Assembly (NCBI GenBank): GCA_965232015.1
Contig: OZ246946.1
Location: 3,302,612-3,366,611 of the forward strand
Source: Vicinamibacteria bacterium
GTDB lineage: Bacteria > Acidobacteriota > Vicinamibacteria > Marinacidobacterales > Marinacidobacteraceae
DNA: 64,000 bases
Direction: 5' to 3'
Shown here: piece by piece, positions 1-8,918 of the stretch
How the letters are laid out: every line of letters starts with the position of its first letter
Position numbering within the stretch: the first letter of the stretch is position 1
The notes under the pieces: model-generated
Database searches by the model: none
The model's input: only the letters and a program-made list of their open reading frames with translations
Told to the model about the DNA's origin: nothing
Program-made: the position numbers and the translations under genes

Positions 1-223
1 CGGCCCGAGCATCCGCATCAGGCTCTTCTCGTGGATTCCGGTCGCCTGCGAGAGTCGCGCGAAACCGATCGCGGCGTTCACGTAGCGCCGCAGCCCCGAT
101 CGCATCTCCGACAGGTCGCCAGCGAGCAAGGCGTTCAGCCCCTCGGCGAGCAGCGCCGCTCGGAGCTGGGGATCGCGGGCCGCCGGGGCCAGGATCCCGT
201 GGCGGAAGGTTCGACGCAAGGGC
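1..223 (-). CDS. Partial (window-truncated) HTH antidote protein, HigA-like 'addiction module antidote' family (COG3636-like); N-terminal ~74 aa present
   Basis: Reverse-strand translation reads ...RDPQLRAALLAEGLNALLAGDLSEMRSGLRRYVNAAIGFARLSQATGIHEKSLMRMLGP, matching the HTH core of HigA-like antidote proteins. Start is probably TTG at 223 or 217. The 3' end runs off the window. Confidence 0.4.
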
Positions 224-246
224 AATCGTGCGAGAGTAGCATATAA

Positions 247-285
247 GTTACCAATACGTCGTCCGAGAGAGCCGGATTGGTAACG
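247..285. promoter_or_regulatory. Perfect 9-bp inverted repeat GTTACCAAT-N20-ATTGGTAAC in an AT-richer patch just upstream of the HigA-like gene
   Basis: Seen directly in the sequence (agttaccaatacg...ccggattggtaacg). It sits in the only low-GC stretch of the 1-490 intergenic region and is a plausible operator or promoter element. Confidence 0.35.
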
Positions 286-315
286 CATACGCAACTTGGC
301 CCCCTGGACGCTCTT

Positions 316-374
316 CCGGTGCGGTCGAGGTCGGAGCGCCGGACTCCGCCGGTTCTCCCGGTCGGAGCGCCGGA
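316..374 (+). promoter_or_regulatory. Direct repeat (GGTCGGAGCGCCGGACT x2) embedding a 30-nt motif GGAGCGCCGGACTCCGCCGGTTCTCCCGGT that recurs at 25256-25285
   Basis: Both copies are visible in the sequence. The second instance, GGAGCGTCCGACTCCGCCGGTTCTCCCGGT, matches at 28 of 30 positions and lies upstream of mbfA. This copy is ~130-170 nt upstream of the TonB receptor start at 492. Confidence 0.35.
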
Positions 375-491
375 CTTCATGACACCCGGAGATACCTTGA
401 AACCTCAACGCGGCTCGGCAAGACTTCCGGCGACGCAGGGCCGCCCCCGAGGCGGGCCCGGCGCGTCTCCTTCCCATTTCATTCCCGTGGG

Positions 492-3425
492 GTGAACCCC
501 TTGTCCTTCAGAAGGTTTCTCGCGGTCGGCGTCGTGCTGACGCTGGCTCTCCATTCGACCGCCCTGGCCCAGTCGCTTGCGACCGTTCAGGGCTTCATCA
601 CCGATGACACCGGCGCCGCGCTTCCCGGAGTCACCGTCGAGATCACCGATGTCGAGCGCGGCACGAGCAGCACCGCCGTCACCGGGAATCGGGGCTTCTT
701 CGCCCTGCGGTCGGTCCCGAGCGGCACCTACGACCTGACCGCCAGCCTGAGCGGCTTCAGCACCGCTCGGCAGGAGAACATCCAGGTCTTCGTCGGCCAG
801 GTCCTCGAAGTGGACCTGACCCTCGGGCTCTCCGGCGTCGAGGAAACCGTCCTCGTGACCGCCGAGGCGCCGCTGGTCGAGGTCGGGCGAGGCGGCGCCG
901 CCGGCTACGTGGACCAGACCGAGATTCAGGCGCTCCCGATCCAGGGCCGGGACTTCGTCCAGTTCGCCCTGCTGAAACCCACGGTCAAGGTCGAGCCTCA
1001 GCGGGGCGGCATCTCGCTCAGCGGGCAGCGCGGCATCAACTCGGGGCTCACCATCGACGGAACCGACGCGAAAAGCGCCTTCTTCGGCTACGGCCGCGGC
1101 GGCGAGGCCACCGAGAACGGCGGCCTGGTCGTCGCGCAGGAGTCGGTGAAAGAGTTTCAGGTGGTCACGAGCGGCTATTCGGCCGAGACCGGGCGTTCCG
1201 GCGGCGGCACGATCAACGTCGTCACCCGCGCCGGGACGAACGACTTCTCCGGTTCCGGGTTCCTGTTCTTCCGCGACCAGCGGATGGTCGCCCGCTTGCC
1301 GCAATCCGATCTCGACGCCCACCAGGGCATCTCCGCGGACGATGATCGTTACGAGGTGGATGAGTTCGAGCGCTACAACTGGGGCAGCTCCTTCGGAGGT
1401 CCGGTGGTTCGCGACCGCACCCACTTCTTCCTCTCCTACGATCAGACCGCCCGCTCGCAGCCGTTCCTGCGCGACATCCGTGGCCGCGGCCAGTACGACG
1501 CGGTCTTTTCGCTCTACCCCGACCTGCTCGCCGGGTTCACGCCCAACGACGACGGGATTGCCGCGGCCGACCCGGAGCGGGGACGAACTGCCACCGGCCA
1601 GTTCACCCGCCAGACCGACAACCTGATCCTGTTCGGCAAGCTGAACCATCGAGTGAACGACCGGCACTCACTGACCCTCCGCTACAACTTCACGGACTAC
1701 GCCAGGATTTCGGACTACGCGTCCGAAGAGTCGAAGAAGCTGCAGCGCACGCATTCCGTCGTGGCCTCGATGGTTTCCGTCGTCGGGGAAACCGGGGTCA
1801 ACGAGTTCCGCGTCCAGTACGCCTACGATGATCTGGACCGGCTGGCGAACCTTCCGAGCAGCGCTCTCCAGGCCAACTTCCGGATCTTCTCGCCCACCTT
1901 CGGAGCCTTCGGCAAGCCGTGGTGGCTGCCCATCGAAGTGGATGAAGGCAAGTTCGAGCTCCAGGAGAAGTTCTCGTTCCTCGCCGGAGGCCACGAGATC
2001 CGGGTGGGCTTCAGTCTGAACCACGACATGCTGAGCGAGTACTTCGCCGGCAACGCGGACGGCCGCTACGACTTCGACACGGTGGAGAGCCTTCTCGCCG
2101 GGGACGCCGCCCGGGCGCGGATCTTCTTCGGGGACGTCAGCAACCCCAACTTCGACGTGACCCAGCAGACGGTCGGGATCTACGCTCAGGACTCGTGGAG
2201 CCCCAACCCGCGCCTGACCCTGAACTTCGGGGCGCGCTGGGACGGGACCTTCAACCCCGGCTCGATCGAGCACGTCCTGCCGGAGGGAACGTCCATCCCC
2301 GATGACCTGGACAACTTCTCGCCCCGTGCCGGCTTCTCCTGGTCGCTGGATGAACAGACCGTTCTACGCGGCGGCGGCGGCGTGTTCTACGGGCGCACTC
2401 CCACGCTGCTCTTCTTCTCGGCCTACAGCGATACCGGGGTCTTCCCCCGCTTCGGGAACGCCATCGTCTCCCCGGGAGACACTGGCTTCGTCGGCATGGG
2501 CGTCGCGATCGACAACTCGAACCCGCCGGCAGGTCTGATCCCCTCGCTCAGCTACGTCCACCCGGACTTCGAGGACCCCAGGACGGCGCGGTTCAACCTC
2601 GGCCTCGAGCGGGAGCTTGGTCGGGACCTCGCCGTTTCGCTCGACTTCGTTCACGCCCGGGCCGACTTCCTCGCTTCCAACGTGGACGCCAACGTTCCGG
2701 CGCCTACCCGCGACAGCTTCGGCCGCCCGCTGTATTCCGGCGAGCGGATCAACGCCGCCTACGGCACGATCCTGGTCCGGGACTCGGTGGCCCGATCGGA
2801 CTACACCGCGCTCACCGCCGCGGTCCGGCGCCGGTTCCGCGACGGGGTTCAGTTCCAGGCCCACTACACCTGGTCCCGTGACCGCTCGAACGACGACAAC
2901 GAGCGGTCCTCCGGGAGCCTCACGCTGACGGATCCCTCGGATCCGGATTACGACTGGGGCGTGTCCAGCCGCGACATCCCGCACCGCTTCGTGGCGAGCG
3001 GCGTGTTCACGCTGCCGTTCGAGATCCTCGCGAGCGGGATCCTGACCGCGCAGTCCGGCTCCCCGTACACCGCCCTCGATCCCCAGGTCGGCTTCCACAA
3101 CCACCCCGGCTTCTTTGTCGGTCCCCATGGCCCGCAGACCCGCGCCGTGGTCGGCGGGGTTATCGCGGACGTGAACGGCGAACGAAACGACGCCTGGACG
3201 AACCTCGATCTGCGGATCACGAAGCGCTTCGCCGTCGGCCCGGCGCAGCTCGAGGCCCTCTTCGAGGTGTTCAACGTGCTGAACTCGAACACCTTCCGCG
3301 TGTCCGGCGAGGACCAACAGGAGCCCACGCTCGAAGACGGTTCCCCAAACTCCGAGTTCGGCCTCGGCGCCGCCCTCGTCGGCGCCCAGCGCCAGGCGCA
3401 ACTCGGCCTGCGGATCGTCTTCTGA
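492..3425 (+). CDS. Outer-membrane TonB-dependent receptor-like protein with N-terminal carboxypeptidase-regulatory-like domain
   Basis: 977 aa. Signal peptide (LALHSTALAQ). The N-terminal region 'GFITDDTGAALPGVTVEITDVERGTSSTAVTGNRGFFALRSVPSGTYDL' is typical of the CarboxypepD_reg domain, followed by plug/barrel-like sequence and a C-terminal ...LGLRIVF (terminal aromatic). Confidence 0.85.
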   Translation: MNPLSFRRFLAVGVVLTLALHSTALAQSLATVQGFITDDTGAALPGVTVEITDVERGTSSTAVTGNRGFFALRSVPSGTYDLTASLSGFSTARQENIQVFVGQVLEVDLTLGLSGVEETVLVTAEAPLVEVGRGGAAGYVDQTEIQALPIQGRDFVQFALLKPTVKVEPQRGGISLSGQRGINSGLTIDGTDAKSAFFGYGRGGEATENGGLVVAQESVKEFQVVTSGYSAETGRSGGGTINVVTRAGTNDFSGSGFLFFRDQRMVARLPQSDLDAHQGISADDDRYEVDEFERYNWGSSFGGPVVRDRTHFFLSYDQTARSQPFLRDIRGRGQYDAVFSLYPDLLAGFTPNDDGIAAADPERGRTATGQFTRQTDNLILFGKLNHRVNDRHSLTLRYNFTDYARISDYASEESKKLQRTHSVVASMVSVVGETGVNEFRVQYAYDDLDRLANLPSSALQANFRIFSPTFGAFGKPWWLPIEVDEGKFELQEKFSFLAGGHEIRVGFSLNHDMLSEYFAGNADGRYDFDTVESLLAGDAARARIFFGDVSNPNFDVTQQTVGIYAQDSWSPNPRLTLNFGARWDGTFNPGSIEHVLPEGTSIPDDLDNFSPRAGFSWSLDEQTVLRGGGGVFYGRTPTLLFFSAYSDTGVFPRFGNAIVSPGDTGFVGMGVAIDNSNPPAGLIPSLSYVHPDFEDPRTARFNLGLERELGRDLAVSLDFVHARADFLASNVDANVPAPTRDSFGRPLYSGERINAAYGTILVRDSVARSDYTALTAAVRRRFRDGVQFQAHYTWSRDRSNDDNERSSGSLTLTDPSDPDYDWGVSSRDIPHRFVASGVFTLPFEILASGILTAQSGSPYTALDPQVGFHNHPGFFVGPHGPQTRAVVGGVIADVNGERNDAWTNLDLRITKRFAVGPAQLEALFEVFNVLNSNTFRVSGEDQQEPTLEDGSPNSEFGLGAALVGAQRQAQLGLRIVF

Positions 3426-3589
3426 GCCGATCCGTCCCGACGACCGGGGGCGCTCCCCAGCCCCCGCCGTCATCACCGAGGTCGACTTGATTCCGATTGA
3501 GCAGTCGAAACCGGCGCCGCACCCGCCGATCTACAGGCCCTCGCTAGAATGACGCCCATAGCGCGCCCGGACAGTCCGGGCCCACGGAC

Positions 3590-4135
3590 ATGATGAGTCT
3601 GCCTTCCGACCCCGTGCTTCCCTATGTGCGGACCGATCGACTGCGCGACCTGTATCACTTCACGGACACCCGCAACCTGCCGAGCATCCGGGAGCACGGC
3701 GGCCTGTTCCCGTTGGCCGAACTGCGCCGGCGAGGAATCAGCATTCGCGCTCCAGGTGGAAGCGAACTGAGTCATCGTCTCGACACCGAGAGAGGTCTGG
3801 ACGAATACGTACACCTGTGCTTTCGTGCACAGCACCCGATGGAGCATGTCGCACGGCAAGACGGACGAATCGCGGAGTCCGTCTTTCTCCGGATTGACGC
3901 GCGAGTCGCCGCGTGGCCCGATGTCCGCTTTGCCTCCGGCATCGCATACAGCACGGGATTCGAGATCCACGCGATGGATGAAGCCTTCAAGCTCATCGAC
4001 TTCGAGGTGCTGTACCGCTATACGGATTGGCGGGACAGTGACATCCAGGAGCGTCTGAAGCGCGCAACCAAGTACGAGCTCCTCGTTCCGCGTAAGATCC
4101 CAATCGCACTGATCCGAAACATCCCCGATGGCTGA
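3590..4135 (+). CDS. DarT-like (DUF4433) DNA ADP-ribosyltransferase toxin
   Basis: 181 aa. N-terminal YHFTDTRNLPSIREHGGL matches the DarT 'YHITHIDNLPSIL' motif. DEYVHLCF and a C-terminal KYELLV (ARTT-type catalytic Glu) are also present. Its stop overlaps the start of the next gene by 8 nt. Confidence 0.7.
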   Translation: MMSLPSDPVLPYVRTDRLRDLYHFTDTRNLPSIREHGGLFPLAELRRRGISIRAPGGSELSHRLDTERGLDEYVHLCFRAQHPMEHVARQDGRIAESVFLRIDARVAAWPDVRFASGIAYSTGFEIHAMDEAFKLIDFEVLYRYTDWRDSDIQERLKRATKYELLVPRKIPIALIRNIPDG

Positions 4136-4826
4136 GCGACCTGTTTTCATCCCCTTGGAGCCGGAGGACACCACTCTGGTCCAGGAGCGGTGCTTCCCGT
4201 TCAGGTGGCATCCGGGTTTCGCCGCCGTTCAGAAGAAACGGAATGTCGAGGCGCTTCATGCATCCGCCGCGGCGAGCGGAGTCGGGCCGCTCCTCGAGGT
4301 CTCGACGAAATCAGATGTGCCGCTTGGCCGTCGCCTGAGTGCCTTCAACCTTCGCATCGAGACCCGGCGCCGGGGAAGGATTCCGCTGGAGAGCGCCTAC
4401 CAGGGAAGCAAGGTCTTCGAGCGGGGCGGGCCCTTCGAGGATCTGTACGAGCGGGGAGCCTGGGAGGCGAAGAAGGACGAGCGCCTTCGGGCTTCCGGCG
4501 ATCTGATCCGATTCCAGTTTGACGGAATGCGCTTCGGCGCCGAGCCGAAGAGGGCATTCTATGACTGGCTGTACCTCAAGGCGCTATTCCCCCTCCGCGA
4601 TGATCTGCACGAGCTCTCTCGCTACCGGGGCTTTACGGACATCGAGTTCAACCCCCGGAAGTCCTTCAACTGCCAGGCACACGCTTGCGCGATGTACGTC
4701 GCGCTCGAGCGGCGAGGGCAACTGAACGCAGAGGTGCTGCGTCCGGACCGGTTCGTGGAGCTCTTCGGCGAAGCGCCGAACATCGTCTCGAGCCTCCGTC
4801 GGGCGCCGGGTTCTCTGTTCGCGTAG
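4128..4826 (+). CDS. Hypothetical protein translationally coupled to the DarT-like gene; candidate cognate antitoxin, with no macrodomain or NADAR motifs seen
   Basis: 232 aa. The ATG overlaps the DarT stop (atgGCTGA). Codon usage is GC3-rich and coding-like. No GGG/NAAN macrodomain motifs or NADAR-like motifs were recognisable. Confidence 0.6.
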   Translation: MAERPVFIPLEPEDTTLVQERCFPFRWHPGFAAVQKKRNVEALHASAAASGVGPLLEVSTKSDVPLGRRLSAFNLRIETRRRGRIPLESAYQGSKVFERGGPFEDLYERGAWEAKKDERLRASGDLIRFQFDGMRFGAEPKRAFYDWLYLKALFPLRDDLHELSRYRGFTDIEFNPRKSFNCQAHACAMYVALERRGQLNAEVLRPDRFVELFGEAPNIVSSLRRAPGSLFA

Positions 4827-4890
4827 GCCGTCCTCGCCACTGGCGTCGCCTGAGAGCGCATCAAGCGTCGCCCGCCCGCCGCGCCCTGCG

Positions 4891-6261
4891 TCAGCCGATG
4901 CGGGTGGACGATCCCAGCATCCATTGCCATGCCGGGCCGACCTCGACTGCAGGAGGTGGCTCGAACGGCAGCGGATCGGCCGTCAGCGTGAGCACGCGCC
5001 GCCTCGCCGTGGGGAACATCTCCTTCGCCTCGGCGAGAGCGGCGAACTCCCGCCGAGCCGTGTCCGGGTCGTGGAGTTCGGCGGCGACCTGGATCAGTTC
5101 CAGCGACCCGTTCGGGGCGCGCGCAAGGAAGTCCACTTCGCGGCGCCCCGGAGTGTGAACGTAGCTCGCATCAAGCCGGCGACGCTGCAACTCGACGAAG
5201 ACGGCCGTCTCCAGGAGACGTCCCCGGTTCTGTCGGCCGCGGCGCTCGAACACCGGAATCAACCCCGTGTCCGCCGGATACGCCTTGCGCGGGTTCATGG
5301 CTCTCTGCCGTTCCGAACCCGACGCCATCGAAACGAAGCCGCACAGGAAGCTGTCCTCGAGGTGGGACAGGAAGGCATGGATCGTGGCGCGGCTGACCCG
5401 GTAGCCCCGCGAACGGAGGGTGCGGTGGAATCGCTCGACGCTGAACAGCGCCGCCGGAGCGCTCAGGAGCTGGCGGACCAGAAAGGCCAGCGCGTCCGGG
5501 CTGCGCACCCGGTGACGCTCGATCACGTCCCGCAGCATGGCGATGTCCACATAAGCCCGGAGCAGCCAGTGCCGCCGGTCCACCGGGAGGCCCTGCGCTT
5601 CGGGGAAACCCCCGGTGACGAGCCAGCGGAGGAAGGCGCTCTCGGTCCGCGTTCTTCCCGATGGCGAGAGCCGTTCGATCTCGTCCGGGATCTCGAGCCC
5701 CTGGTGCGTGAGGAACTCGCCGAACGAAAAGGGATGGAGGGGAACCTCCCAGCCTCGACCCCGAAGGGAGGTCGCCACCTCGCGGGAGAGGAGCGCCGCC
5801 GAAGAACCGGAAACGACGACCTCGGTCAGCGGCGTGTCCAGGAGGCGCCGCACGAAGCGCTCCCAACCCGGCGCGAGATGGGCCTCGTCCAGATACCAGA
5901 CGACCGGGCCGCGGCCCCGCGCCGCCGGATGGAGCCGGTCGTACTCGTTCACGAGGAACCCGAGGGCCGTCCGATCGAGCCCCTCGAGGCGCTCGTCCTC
6001 GAAGCTCAAGAAGGGGACGTTCCCGGCCGGCAGCCCGGCAGCGACCCGTTCCCGACGCAATTGCTGCATGAGGGTCGTCTTTCCGACGCGCCGCATCCCC
6101 ACGATCGCGGTGGCCTTCCCCGGAAACCGGGGGTCGGTGGCGAGCTGACGGGGAGTGATCGGCTGCTCTGGGAGCTCGTGGGCGGACGCGATCTTTTCCT
6201 GAAGCGCCTGTCGAACCAGGTGCGCCGGAGCATCGGCGCGAGGGAAATCGCCCTTGACCAT
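4891..6261 (-). CDS. AAA+ ATPase, DUF4143 family (COG1373)
   Basis: 456 aa. Walker A GMRRVGKTTL, Walker B VWYLDEAH, and the C-terminal DUF4143-like region (REVDFLA...). This is one of three paralogs in the window. Confidence 0.8.
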   Translation of the reverse strand: MVKGDFPRADAPAHLVRQALQEKIASAHELPEQPITPRQLATDPRFPGKATAIVGMRRVGKTTLMQQLRRERVAAGLPAGNVPFLSFEDERLEGLDRTALGFLVNEYDRLHPAARGRGPVVWYLDEAHLAPGWERFVRRLLDTPLTEVVVSGSSAALLSREVATSLRGRGWEVPLHPFSFGEFLTHQGLEIPDEIERLSPSGRTRTESAFLRWLVTGGFPEAQGLPVDRRHWLLRAYVDIAMLRDVIERHRVRSPDALAFLVRQLLSAPAALFSVERFHRTLRSRGYRVSRATIHAFLSHLEDSFLCGFVSMASGSERQRAMNPRKAYPADTGLIPVFERRGRQNRGRLLETAVFVELQRRRLDASYVHTPGRREVDFLARAPNGSLELIQVAAELHDPDTARREFAALAEAKEMFPTARRRVLTLTADPLPFEPPPAVEVGPAWQWMLGSSTRIG

Positions 6262-6432
6262 GATGAGGAAGTCAGATTTTTCACCATATTACATGGTTAG
6301 GATGGGGACAGTCTCGTCAGCTCCTCTCTTCCCGTCGGGCGAGTGCGAACTCGGCCGCCCGCAGCACCTGGAGAGGCGCTTTCGTGTCGCGCCCGGCTGC
6401 CGAGAGCCCTGGCTGGAGCGTCCACCCGCGGC

Positions 6433-6849
6433 TCAGCCCTCCTCTGCCGGCCTCCTGCGCGAACGCTTCACCAGCGATCGCCTTCGCTTCGCCTCCAGCC
6501 GAGCCCGTTTCCGCCCTCTGGGCACTCGCGTCGGGACGCGCTTCGGCTTCCTCGCGAAATGTCTCTCCAGTCGCTCCCGCAGTCTGGCCAGCGCGACCTG
6601 GCGGTTGCGGTACTGGCTACGCCGCTCGCGGGCAAGGACCACGATTCCCGTGGGAAGATGCGTCAGGCGGACCGCGCTGTCGGTCGTGTTCTGGTGCTGG
6701 CCGCCCTTGCCTCCGGCTCGGAAGGTGTCGACGCAGCACTCGCGCAGGAGCTCCGCGTCCGAAGCGGGAATGGAGGCGGTCATCAGCGGGCCCACAAGTG
6801 CTCGGGTGCCTTCCTGGCGGTCAGGCCCGAAGCAGAAAGCCCCAGACAT
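6433..6849 (-). CDS. arfB: Alternative ribosome-rescue factor ArfB (peptidyl-tRNA hydrolase, class I release-factor-like GGQ protein)
   Basis: 138 aa with '[26 protein letters not shown]' (GGQ motif) and a basic C-terminal tail, as in ArfB/YaeJ. Confidence 0.8.
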   Translation of the reverse strand: MSGAFCFGPDRQEGTRALVGPLMTASIPASDAELLRECCVDTFRAGGKGGQHQNTTDSAVRLTHLPTGIVVLARERRSQYRNRQVALARLRERLERHFARKPKRVPTRVPRGRKRARLEAKRRRSLVKRSRRRPAEEG

Positions 6850-6868
6850 GGCGGCGTGAAGACCGGGA

Positions 6869-8029
6869 TTATCGCGGCACGTAATCTCCGGCCCACAGGC
6901 GGCGGGCGAACTCGGTCGCGGGCAGGATTTCGATCCCGTCGTCCGTCCTGAGCAGCCGCGATTCGAGGCAGACCACCAGGCGCCGATCCACTTCGGGATG
7001 GTCCCGCACCAGGGAGCGCAGGCCCTTCAGGTGGCGCGGCCGGATCGCCTTCGCGGACTTCGCCTCGATCGCGATGCGCATGTCGCCGACGATGAAGTCC
7101 ACTTCGGCGCCTCCGGCCAGCCGCCAGTACGACAACCGCTCCGCCGAGCCGGAATAGTCCAGCCATGCGACGAGCTCGTGGTGCACCCAGTTCTCGAACG
7201 CCTTGCCGAAGAGGTCCGACCCGGGCTGGAGCGGGCCACGGAGAGCGAGGCGGTTCACCACCCCCACGTCGCCGAAATAGAACCTGGGCGTTCGGACGGT
7301 TCGCCGTTTGGGCCGCTTCCTCCACGCCGGAAGCCAGCGGCCGAGGAGTGTGTCCACGAGCACGGCGTACCAGGCGCGCGCCGGCTGCCGGCTCACGCCG
7401 CAATCGCTCGCGACCCGCTGGAACCGCACCATTTCGGTATCGCAGATGGCCGCCGCTTCGAGGAAATGCGAGAAGGCCGCGAGGTTGCGGGCGGCGCCCT
7501 CGGCGGCGATCTCCTCTCGCAGGTAGTCCCCCACGTAGGCATCGAGCAGCTTCTTCGGCGTCGGATCGCGGTGGACTGCCGGCAGATAGCCCAGGTCCAG
7601 CACCCGGCCGAGATCGAAGTCCTCCCCGAACTCCGCGGACACGAGCCCGTGGAGCTGGTACCGGATCGCCCTCCCGCCCAGCAGGGTCGCGGCGCCGCGC
7701 CGGACTTTCCGCGCGCTGGAGGCGCAGAGGGCGAAGCGGAGGCCGAGGTTCTCGATCATCCAGTGGACCTCGTGGAGGAGATCCGGCACCCGCAGCACCT
7801 CGTCCACGACCACGAAACCCGGCGCATCCGGCCCGGCGGCCCGCAGCTCCTGCCGGAGCGCCTCTGGGCGGCGGGCGTAGCGGCGGAACTCGTCGGCGCG
7901 CAGCAGATCCACGAACCTCGCCTCCGGGTACCGCAAGCGGAGGTGCGTGCTCTTCCCCACCTGCCGGGGGCCCCACAGGAAGAAGCTCGCGCTCCCGGCC
8001 TCGGGAAGTTCGAGCCTGCGAGTGTACAT
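6869..8029 (-). CDS. AAA+ ATPase, DUF4143 family (COG1373)
   Basis: 386 aa. Walker [10 protein letters not shown], Walker B FVVVDEV, and the DUF4143-like C-terminus (AEVDFIV). Confidence 0.8.
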   Translation of the reverse strand: MYTRRLELPEAGSASFFLWGPRQVGKSTHLRLRYPEARFVDLLRADEFRRYARRPEALRQELRAAGPDAPGFVVVDEVLRVPDLLHEVHWMIENLGLRFALCASSARKVRRGAATLLGGRAIRYQLHGLVSAEFGEDFDLGRVLDLGYLPAVHRDPTPKKLLDAYVGDYLREEIAAEGAARNLAAFSHFLEAAAICDTEMVRFQRVASDCGVSRQPARAWYAVLVDTLLGRWLPAWRKRPKRRTVRTPRFYFGDVGVVNRLALRGPLQPGSDLFGKAFENWVHHELVAWLDYSGSAERLSYWRLAGGAEVDFIVGDMRIAIEAKSAKAIRPRHLKGLRSLVRDHPEVDRRLVVCLESRLLRTDDGIEILPATEFARRLWAGDYVPR

Positions 8030-8139
8030 CGCTACTTCACATTAGCATGACAATGTCAGGCGAAAGCGTCGGATCCGGGCCCACAGCGCGACCGAGCGGT
8101 GCGGAGTGGGAGTCGGAGGAAGTGGCCCCTCCGGCGTCC

Positions 8140-8913
8140 CTCAGTTTTCCCGGCGGATCACGACCCCGGCGAGGGCGCCGGTGGGGGTCCCATCCTCCAC
8201 CGCGATCTCTCCGTTCACGAGCACCCAGGGGATGCCGACCGGGGGGGTCGCCGGTTCGAGGATCGTCGCCACGTCTTCGACGCGCTCGTAGTCGAACGCC
8301 ACGATGTCCGCCGCGCAGCCGACGCGCAGACACCCTCGGTCTTCGAGCCCGATGATGGCGGCGGGCAGGCTCGTCGAGGACCGCACCATGAACGGCAGGC
8401 TGATCACGCCGCGTTCCCGGGTGTAGTGGGCGATCTTGCGCGGGTAGCTGCCCCAGTAGCGGGGGTGGCGTCCGGGCGTTCCTTCGAGCGCGACGCCGGC
8501 GTCGGTGGCGGTCGCCGTGAAGTCCTGCTCCATGTAGTGCTCGACATCGAAGCGGTGTCCCGCCACCGGCCGGATGAGCACACCGTGGAGAAGCTCCTCC
8601 GAGCCGGCCCGGGCGAATGCGATCAGCGTCTCCGCCACCGACTGGTCCGCTTCCCGCGCGATCTCGGCGACGGTCTTCCCGACCAGCGCCGGATCCTCGG
8701 GGAAGAAGACGACGATCAGGCGGTCGGCGCCCCCGAACAGGTCGAGTTGCTGCTCCAGGTCCATCAGGAGGTCGCCGCGCGTCTCCGGATCGGCGAGGTT
8801 CGCCTCGAGGTTCTCGAGGGTCAGCAGACCCGACCTCCGCCAGTCGGGGTCGTCCAGTCCGCCCGATCGGTCCATGCCCCTCGGCGCGAAGCCCCAGATC
8901 GGGATCACGCCGA
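8140..8913. repeat. Direct repeat copy A (~775 bp), duplicated again at 12655-13436; flanks the IetAS-like insert
   Basis: By-eye comparison shows near-identity (a few SNPs). Homology breaks at 8913/13436 on one side and ~8140/12655 on the other. Confidence 0.8.
8141..8908 (-). pseudogene. Duplicated 3' fragment of the N-acyl-D-amino-acid deacylase gene (C-terminal ~255 codons only)
   Basis: The sequence is nearly identical at DNA level to 12658-13436. The encoded peptide is near-identical to the C-terminal 255 residues of the 570-aa deacylase. It lacks the N-terminal catalytic half. Confidence 0.7.
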
Positions 8914-8918
8914 CCGCA

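Noticed and set aside
405-1667. 420-aa ORF antisense to the TonB receptor gene. The same issue applies to 2364-3476 (-), 1668-2273 (-) and others.
   Set aside because: These are typical high-GC antisense ORFs: low-complexity Gly/Ala/Arg-rich translations with no motifs. The sense strand has a clear signal peptide and domain content.
7165-8355. 396-aa Arg/Pro-rich ORF whose C-terminus is identical to that of ORF 12114-12872.
   Set aside because: It is pure low-complexity sequence lying antisense to real genes. The identical C-termini are simply the duplicated deacylase DNA read in another frame.
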